A stretch of DNA of 14,308 nucleotides from the NCBI GenBank assembly GCA_018985225.1, contig JADGIF010000213.1, positions 1 to 14,308 of the forward strand, read 5' to 3'. Within the stretch, counting starts at the first letter, position 1; the number at the start of each line of letters is the position of its first letter. This stretch comes from Amoeboradix gromovi X-113 (taxonomy: Eukaryota > Fungi > Sanchytriomycota). The position numbers were made by a program, and so were the translations under genes. The notes beneath the pieces were generated by a model. That model was given only the letters and a program-made list of their open reading frames with translations, was not told where the DNA came from and ran no database searches. This document shows, one piece after another, positions 7,741 through 14,308 of this stretch.

Positions 7741-8720
7741 ATGCTGTTGACATCCCTCTTTTAGCTACATCTCTACAGGATTTAATTTCAGTTATAGAAG
7801 AAGCAGGTGGGCAGTCTAGATTGATAGGCTGTGCTCAAAATCGAAAATACAGTGATTGCAACATTAATCATTTATCTACTGAATCAATACAAACTTTCAA
7901 AAAATTTGCAGCAGCATTTCAACAGAATGAAGGCGTTCATGACGACAGGGATTTCTCTATGATTGCATCGTATATTAATCATGGATTGAGTGGAACTGAG
8001 TACACTGAAGAATTGCTAGGATGTAATATTCCTGAAGATTTAAGTTGTCCTAGATTAAGAAAAAGAAGATTAGACCGCGGCTATGGAACTTACAGTGGTA
8101 GCTTACATGACGTTGAATCCGGTACTACAGTTAGAATCAATAGACGTAGTTCTTCTAAACTCTGCGTTATATCTAAGCTAATTGTATGTATAGTCGTACT
8201 GATTGCCAGTATTACTGGTGTGCATTATGGAGGTACTCAAATGCACGCAGAACAAAAATTGGTGAAGAGCGCGGAATCTGATCTCGAGGAACGTTGTAAC
8301 TGGAAAGTTGATTGTCATGGTATTGTATTGCCAAAGTATAGAACTATATATTATACTGTGAATGTATCTCACTGCTTTGAAGAAGAATGCAATAATCAAA
8401 ATGGAGAGCAGATTTGTTCTGAGGTCCCAGGGTGCTTTTGGTGGGAGCCTCGTTCTTATGAAGAGGAGATCGAATACTTTAACCCCATTACCGGCGATAT
8501 ATTGGAAGCAGATTTGAAATCGAAAATTAGTTCCGGCATATGCGATATACACAACGATGGAGACATTGAGGACCCTGAAGCATGCAGAGTACTCGAGAAA
8601 TCTATCAATCCTATTAGATGGAATAGAAATAAGTGGTGGATTCTGATAGGTCCTTCCCTTATTTCAGCAGCTTTATCGTTTTTCAAGATTACTGCAATTA
8701 TCGATTCATGCCATCACTAA
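7741..8720 (+). CDS. Cys-rich two-hydrophobic-helix family protein, copy 3, with apparent 1-nt frameshift near the start
   Basis: Homology extends upstream of the TTG at 7821 (LATSLQDLISVIEEAGGQSRLIGCA), but no in-frame ATG follows the TAG at 7662. ATG at 7741 reads MLLTSLF*, and one extra T in the T4 run at 7759-7762 gives MLLTSLFLATSLQDL. Contains SCPRLRKRR, both hydrophobic helices and KWWILIGPS. Confidence 0.8.
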
Positions 8721-9203
8721 ATAGTAAAACATCTTCAATTAATGCGAGTTTAAGGCTTTTTCAAATTTCGAAGACAAACGTGTATTAATTTCAACATCAC
8801 TTTTTCTTCAACACTATTCTATCGCAATCTTTGTCGAGTTCGAGATTGCATCATAAGCCTTCTCTAAAAGCTTCACAATTTTCGTGGAAGATTTACATGT
8901 AATGATTGAAAGCTTTTCGCAAATACAGCTTTAAACTTTGTCAAGCGAACCTGCAAACTGAAAATGTTTATTTAAAGCTTTGAAGTCGAAATGAAAACGC
9001 AATCAAAAAATAAGAAAACAAGAAGACTAGAATGTTTTTGCCAAGAAATCCAGGGAACTACGAATCCCACTGCATATAAAATCGTGATAAAGAATATCCC
9101 CAGAACCACTTCTGCATAGGTAATTACAAACATGCATATTTGGTAAGGAGTCTTAAAAACTCTGTATAGTAACTATTTTACTTCAGCTCAAGTTTGCATT
9201 TAC

Positions 9204-10262
9204 TTACTGGAATGATACACTCTTTACTACCCTATCGTTTATTCCAGTCAGTTCGCCTTGATAGTTCTGCTTACCACTGTAAACAGCATGGATGCTTTTA
9301 ATCTTTTTATTGGCTTTTGCGAATTTAGCCTTCTTACGTACACGCGGATTGCTGTTGATGCTTCTCTTTCCTGTCTTAAATTGCCTATTCTTTAATATCG
9401 CATAGTTAATACTTCTTTGCAATTCTTTAACTTTCAGTGTGGGTACTGCAGGCATTAGTTTCGATAGTTTGTTTTCAAAAGTATCCTCCTCATCGCTTGA
9501 TGAAAACTGATTTGCTTGATCTTCCAACTGTTTCTGTTGTATCTGAGTCACTTCATCATTCAACCTCGATGCTCTTGGCTTGTTAACTGTTTCCAAGTCC
9601 ACGTGAACTGGTTTTGTCTCATTTGCAATATTATTTATCATTCTCTTAAATTTATTTTGAGGCTTAGATTTTTCTTCTGAATCATCAGAATCTTCGTCAT
9701 CTGTTTTAACCAGATCATCAAAATTGATAGGCTCATGATCAGAGTGAATAGATTCTAGTTCGGAGTTGCTACTGCATTCATCGGATGCATCCTCGTCGTA
9801 ACTAACTTCTTGATCCGATTGACCGTATGGTTGCTCTTGTTGATCCACTTCACTTATTATCTCATCCTCTTCGGATACCTCTAGCTTGACTGAATCAATC
9901 GAACTCTTCTTATGTATAGTCTGCTTGTTCATATGCTTCTTAATTTTGACCATCAAATCAATAATTGGATGATACTCAATAACACAACCCTCGTCTATCA
10001 GATTGATCAAAACACAGAGACATTGGCAATAGTACACTTCTATAGGAGATAAGTCTTTTTTCAAATACAACTCCAACTCATCTTTCCATTCTAGATCTGA
10101 AGGTTTTAAGTCAACCGGTTGTTCGTCAAAATCTACAAAATCGGCTTCTTCCATTTTATCTAGTTGTTCGTAATGTTGCTTAATAGTTTGATGTTCTTCG
10201 AATTGCTCAGGGTTTAATATAGGCATTACTTCTTCAACATCGCTAACACTCCAATCTGACAT
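9204..10262 (-). CDS. SAS10: Sas10/Utp3 small-subunit processome protein
   Basis: C-terminus RSINYAILKNR...NPRVRKKAKFAKA...YQGELTGINDRVVKSVSF matches the Sas10 C-terminal domain. Acidic middle region. YHPIIDLMVKIK resembles the end of the Sas10/Utp3/C1D domain. Confidence 0.9.
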   Translation of the reverse strand: MSDWSVSDVEEVMPILNPEQFEEHQTIKQHYEQLDKMEEADFVDFDEQPVDLKPSDLEWKDELELYLKKDLSPIEVYYCQCLCVLINLIDEGCVIEYHPIIDLMVKIKKHMNKQTIHKKSSIDSVKLEVSEEDEIISEVDQQEQPYGQSDQEVSYDEDASDECSSNSELESIHSDHEPINFDDLVKTDDEDSDDSEEKSKPQNKFKRMINNIANETKPVHVDLETVNKPRASRLNDEVTQIQQKQLEDQANQFSSSDEEDTFENKLSKLMPAVPTLKVKELQRSINYAILKNRQFKTGKRSINSNPRVRKKAKFAKANKKIKSIHAVYSGKQNYQGELTGINDRVVKSVSFQ

Positions 10263-10576
10263 TCTCAGGTCCTTGTTTTACCCAAGTAGTTCATTCATTG
10301 TCATTCTCAAACTTCTGATCATTTCTCATATCAGAATGCCGTTTAAATGCCAGATGTGTGCCAGATATGAATTTTGGTAATAAAGCAATATAACTCATTA
10401 TTTTCTGTGACCGACCTTAATTGAGTAATCACTTAGAGTGATAACTTAGATATCATTGCTACATTAGAAACCTAGTCCATATCGTCATAGCATTCTTTTT
10501 GAATTTGTATTTGCAATCTGTGAAAGAGAATCTTGTTGCCCAACGCTTAGCTTTGCAACTGACATTTGAATAAAAG

Positions 10577-11914
10577 TTAAAAATTTACTATAATCGACAG
10601 AATGACTATAGCTGGAATAGCCAGTATTTTAGCGCTGCTTCCTTCATTGAAATCGGTTGGAATATCAGGTATAACACCATTCAATAAACTCTTCTTCTTT
10701 AATTTCTCAAATTCACTCTCCAAGTCTTTCTGTTTACTTTTACTTACATTCATCTTATCGAACCATTCATCCAGTGATCCAGGATCTGTAACTGTGGTGT
10801 TCTCACCACCTGAAACTTGATCATATACGTAGCATAGCTTGGAAGCGTCTAAAAGTTCCATTGGTGACACGTTTAGATAACGCAATTTAGTATTCATATC
10901 ATACGTGGCTCCTGAGTATTTGGCATTCGGGTGAACAGTTTGGAATTGCAAATATACTTTTTCAGCCCATCCTAAATTAAATCAAGAATTACCGTGATGC
11001 AGCCAAAACAAGATATCCAGCGGCGAGCGGGGACCATCCATAGAGCCACCTATCCGAGCATGAGGCGTAGCATGTGGATATACTTCAAAATTCGTAGAGA
11101 ATTGTTGGAACTGAGTATATCCAGTTACCATTGAATTAACAGTTTTAACATGAACAAATGAGGTTTTTTGAAAGTTGCGACGTATACATTGGCCGTTAAC
11201 CCGAATGTCCTTTAAAGGGCCATCCCTTATGCATCCGCCGTATCCATCGCCACCAAAATGCTTCCAAACTATTGATGCCCAAGGATTTTGAGCCTCTCTT
11301 GAATGGTCCCAATATGGCAAACATACATTAGGGTCTACTTGCTGCAGAGCTTGCTCCATTACAAGTGCAAAACCACGATGCCATGGAAGAAAATAACTGG
11401 TAAAATGAGCGTAAGTCCATACACCAACATGCCAATTCACCAGCGTATTTAGCACTCCATTCTCAGCAAGTCTAATATATGCATTCACAAAAGCTTGGAT
11501 TTCTTCCGGCGACATGTTGTGTATTTCTTTACGTACGCAAGTTCTAACACAGTTTATGTTTGATATATCAGGAATATTTACAGTACTGGAACTAGATATT
11601 TGAAGCGATGGTTCATTAGCAACAGTCTGCTGGTTTCTAGTTACTTGCGTGTCAGAGAATTGGCGACTAGTAAATATTGGATTATTGAGTTGCTGGCTAT
11701 TTTGCTTGACGTCCTTTTGTTTGTTTTCAGTGGGATCTACAGGAGGCTCTGGAATATTAACAGTAGTAGAGAGCACATCTTTCGAAAGGTTGTCGTTGTT
11801 CTTAGATGGCAGAATAACTTCAGCGGAATTAAAATTGCTACTTTGAGGGTTGCTGATGCTGAATTCCATTGAATTAAAGAATCTGTTGCCATAACAAAAG
11901 GAATTTAACAGCAT
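10577..11914 (-). CDS. Tyrosinase-family type-3 dicopper protein, two exons (11914-10993, 10971-10577), putative GPI anchor
   Basis: VRKEIHNMS; CuA H-VGVWTYA-H-FTSYFLPW-H-R; LPYWD; CuB H-ATP-H-ARIGGSM...SPLDILFWLH-H. Splicing yields HHGWAEKVYLQFQ. C-terminal GSS followed by hydrophobic ILAIPAIVILSIIVNF. Ser/Gln/Asn/Thr-rich N-terminal region. Confidence 0.9.
10972..10992 (-). other. 21-nt spliceosomal intron
   Basis: GTAATTCTTGATTTAATTTAG: GT...TAG, AT-rich, contains the only in-frame stop. Removal joins the two tyrosinase ORFs in frame with normal CuB spacing. Confidence 0.85.
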
Positions 11915-12626
11915 GAGCCGATTGGGGCAAAGTTTCTTTTATTGTTAAAGGTTCGGATCTCCTATTACACAATCAAACACAAGTGGCCACGTTATATTAT
12001 ACAGCGGTAGGATTTAGAGAAATTATCGTTCATAAAGATGACATTAAGATATTGCTTTCATTTCCAGTTAATTTCAAGTAAATATTTGAATTAGTCATGG
12101 GACACGCAAATAACGGGACCAACTAATTTTCACAGAATTAGCAATATAGCGCTATGGCTTAATCACGTACCTTCACTAGAATCATGTCTAGTTCTACTTA
12201 TTCTACTTTAATATTACATTTCCTATGGGACAAGCTATCGCGATGTTCTGCAAGTAGAAAATCGATGCTCGGCTGCGTATTAAATACTTCTGCATATTTG
12301 CTGAAACATTTAACTGTCTTGCCAGTAAATCTCTTTATTTTTTATTCAATTATTGATAGTCTTTCGCTTCATATCACTGAAGCACAAACTAGGGACGCTT
12401 AAAAATCTATTCATGGTGTGAACATCAATCCGTTGCGGTATTAAACGATATAACATACGTCGGTATGATAATTTTAATTTTGTTATTATCATAGTGATTA
12501 AAACTAATAGAAGCATTGATTGAGGCTATTAAAATACCGACAGGTATTAAACATCGGCCCTATCTCGATCCATTTTAGCATGTTCTATTTTGTATTTATT
12601 AATTTTATTTTGCTTAACGACGGAGC

Positions 12627-13565
12627 ATGGAAGTGAATACAGACAAAATTCTATTATTAACAGACCTAGTATCAGATTACTCATTTACCGCATCTTTGAA
12701 GCTTGGTAAGTTTAAGCAAGCTTCGAGATTTCGATGTCAAAATCCATTTTACGTAAAAATTGTTTTGCAAGTAGACTTTGGCACCAACCAACCTGAGTAT
12801 ATACCCGTTGAACTGATCATATTACACTATGATGGTCAATATGTTTTGACCTCTTTTGATCGAGAAGAATACAAGATTAAAGTGGTAAAGGGTGATTTAC
12901 GGTATATTGAAGAAGTGATGCTTGATCGCTGCACGGACTTGGATGTAGAGTACCAGATTCTGGAGTTGACAGTGCGGTGGAAGGTTGAGTATGGGTTCGA
13001 TTTGCATGACGATGTTGTTTATTCTGATAAAAATGAAATTTTTAAAGACAATTTAACAAAGGAAGTTCATACCTTGGTGGATGATTCTGTTATTGGATAT
13101 CCTGCCCATTTATATGACGATATGCTAGTAATACATACTAGAATGGTAGGATTTGTCAATTATGTTCATTGTGCAGTTTTATTGAATCCGGTTAATTTGA
13201 AGGTATTTCCAATCCTTCTTAGCGGATTTGAACATATAAATGAACAGAATATCAGCAAAATAATATACCCACTGAAATGCTGCACTGTAGAGAGCCTTGA
13301 ATATTTTGAAGTGAATAATATCCAAGATTTGTATGATAGTAGAGATTGCATGTTCCTATTGCAGCCTGACACTGAAAATAACAGATCAAAATGTGAAATA
13401 ATTGCTTTTGTAATTGGTAGAGACATGGGAACGCCAGTCAATGGACTAAATTATTACAGCTCCAGCGAAAATGAATGTTTATATGTTCGGATGTTTCTTG
13501 TGAGATACGGCGATGATAGAATCGTGAGAAGCTGGCTTAAAGGAATAAATAACATAACTTTTTAA
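12627..13565 (+). CDS. Hypothetical protein
   Basis: 312-aa ATG-initiated ORF in AT-rich DNA, preceded by a T-rich tract. No recognised motif. Confidence 0.7.
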   Translation: MEVNTDKILLLTDLVSDYSFTASLKLGKFKQASRFRCQNPFYVKIVLQVDFGTNQPEYIPVELIILHYDGQYVLTSFDREEYKIKVVKGDLRYIEEVMLDRCTDLDVEYQILELTVRWKVEYGFDLHDDVVYSDKNEIFKDNLTKEVHTLVDDSVIGYPAHLYDDMLVIHTRMVGFVNYVHCAVLLNPVNLKVFPILLSGFEHINEQNISKIIYPLKCCTVESLEYFEVNNIQDLYDSRDCMFLLQPDTENNRSKCEIIAFVIGRDMGTPVNGLNYYSSSENECLYVRMFLVRYGDDRIVRSWLKGINNITF

Positions 13566-13905
13566 ATGAAATGTGAAAATATGGTTGAGTGACAATGCAT
13601 CTAACTGGTCATCTGAATACAAAAGGACCGTATGTTATTAGAGCCATCTTTGAGAATTCTAGCTTTTATGAATCGATCCCGTTTGCTGTATCTGCTTACA
13701 CGTTAAATTTCCTGATTTATGATAAAATCAAGATTTTCTGCAAAGAAACTGACAAAGAATTCGCAATTTATAATAAGAAAGTGTGAGGAGACGAGTAGCA
13801 ATAATCTAAATTTGTTCCCAGCTTTATTTGAAATCGGGAAGCGAGAGCAGAATTATTACCCGCACACGCAAAGATAGTTTATAGTAGTGTTGTGATCAAA
13901 AACAT

Positions 13906-14292
13906 TTATTGAGAAGTATTAGATCCACTGCCGAAATTTTGATCGAATAACGTGTCTGCAGGATTGATAATGCTTTCCATCTCATCAACTTCTGCTTTAA
14001 TAGCTCTTGCTTTTACAGATAGTCGTTCATTCTTTGGCTCCAATCCTTGCAAAACCTTGTTCAATTTCATATCCAGCTCATGAATATGTTGTCGCAATTG
14101 AGCAGTTTCCCGTCGCAACTGAGCAGTTTCCTGTCTCAACTGAGCAGTTTCTGACTTCAAAATACTCACTTCAGACTTTAAATTACTGACCTGCACTCCC
14201 AATTTTCTAACATCATTTGCGACCTCCAACACCAATCCAACTAATTCATCCCTATCCTTAATCATGTTATCATTATGAGTAATAATTGCCAT
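13906..14292 (-). CDS. Coiled-coil protein with heptad repeats (may extend beyond the window edge)
   Basis: Leucine-zipper-like periodicity VSNLKSE-VSILKSE-TAQLRQE-TAQLRRE-TAQLRQH-IHELDMK. Confidence 0.65.
   Translation of the reverse strand: MAIITHNDNMIKDRDELVGLVLEVANDVRKLGVQVSNLKSEVSILKSETAQLRQETAQLRRETAQLRQHIHELDMKLNKVLQGLEPKNERLSVKARAIKAEVDEMESIINPADTLFDQNFGSGSNTSQ
14089..14151. repeat. 3 x 21-bp coding tandem repeat
   Basis: ttgtcgcaattgagcagtttc / ccgtcgcaactgagcagtttc / ctgtctcaactgagcagtttc, encoding ETAQLR(Q/R) on the minus strand. Confidence 0.9.
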
Positions 14293-14308
14293 GATTTTTG
14301 GGATGGAA

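Noticed and set aside
12184-13786. ORFs 12184-12402 and 13589-13786
   Set aside because: Short and motif-less, and the second has a non-ATG start; cannot be supported as genes.
14089-14151. CRISPR-like array
   Set aside because: Contiguous 21-bp units with no spacers, in frame within a coiled-coil ORF.
362-14189. Small overlapping ORFs (362-544, 2327-2533, 4493-4717, 4575-4775, 8178-8552, 8456-8686, 10602-10820, 11600-11872, 11649-11846, 13166-13441, 14007-14189)
   Set aside because: They overlap better-supported genes in other frames or strands and have no independent evidence.

Overview
AT-rich, gene-dense, intron-poor eukaryotic DNA. An early-diverging fungus or related opisthokont parasite is likely, but this is inference. 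One conserved housekeeping gene (SAS10/UTP3, minus strand) lies next to an accessory region. That region holds (i) a family of Cys-rich proteins with a signal-like N-terminus, a Kex2-type dibasic site and two hydrophobic helices, present as two intact copies, one copy with a 1-nt frameshift and one decayed minus-strand pseudogene; (ii) an intronless bacterial-type Endonuclease I (His-Me finger) gene; and (iii) a remnant of a TnpB/Fanzor2-like RNA-guided nuclease that is absent from the ORF track. The remnant keeps the Zn-ribbon and RuvC-III, has a second more degenerate copy in tandem, and is followed by a nested stem-loop region consistent with an omegaRNA scaffold ending in GG. The right part holds a putatively GPI-anchored tyrosinase split by a 21-nt GT-AG intron, an orphan ORF and a heptad-repeat coiled-coil ORF.
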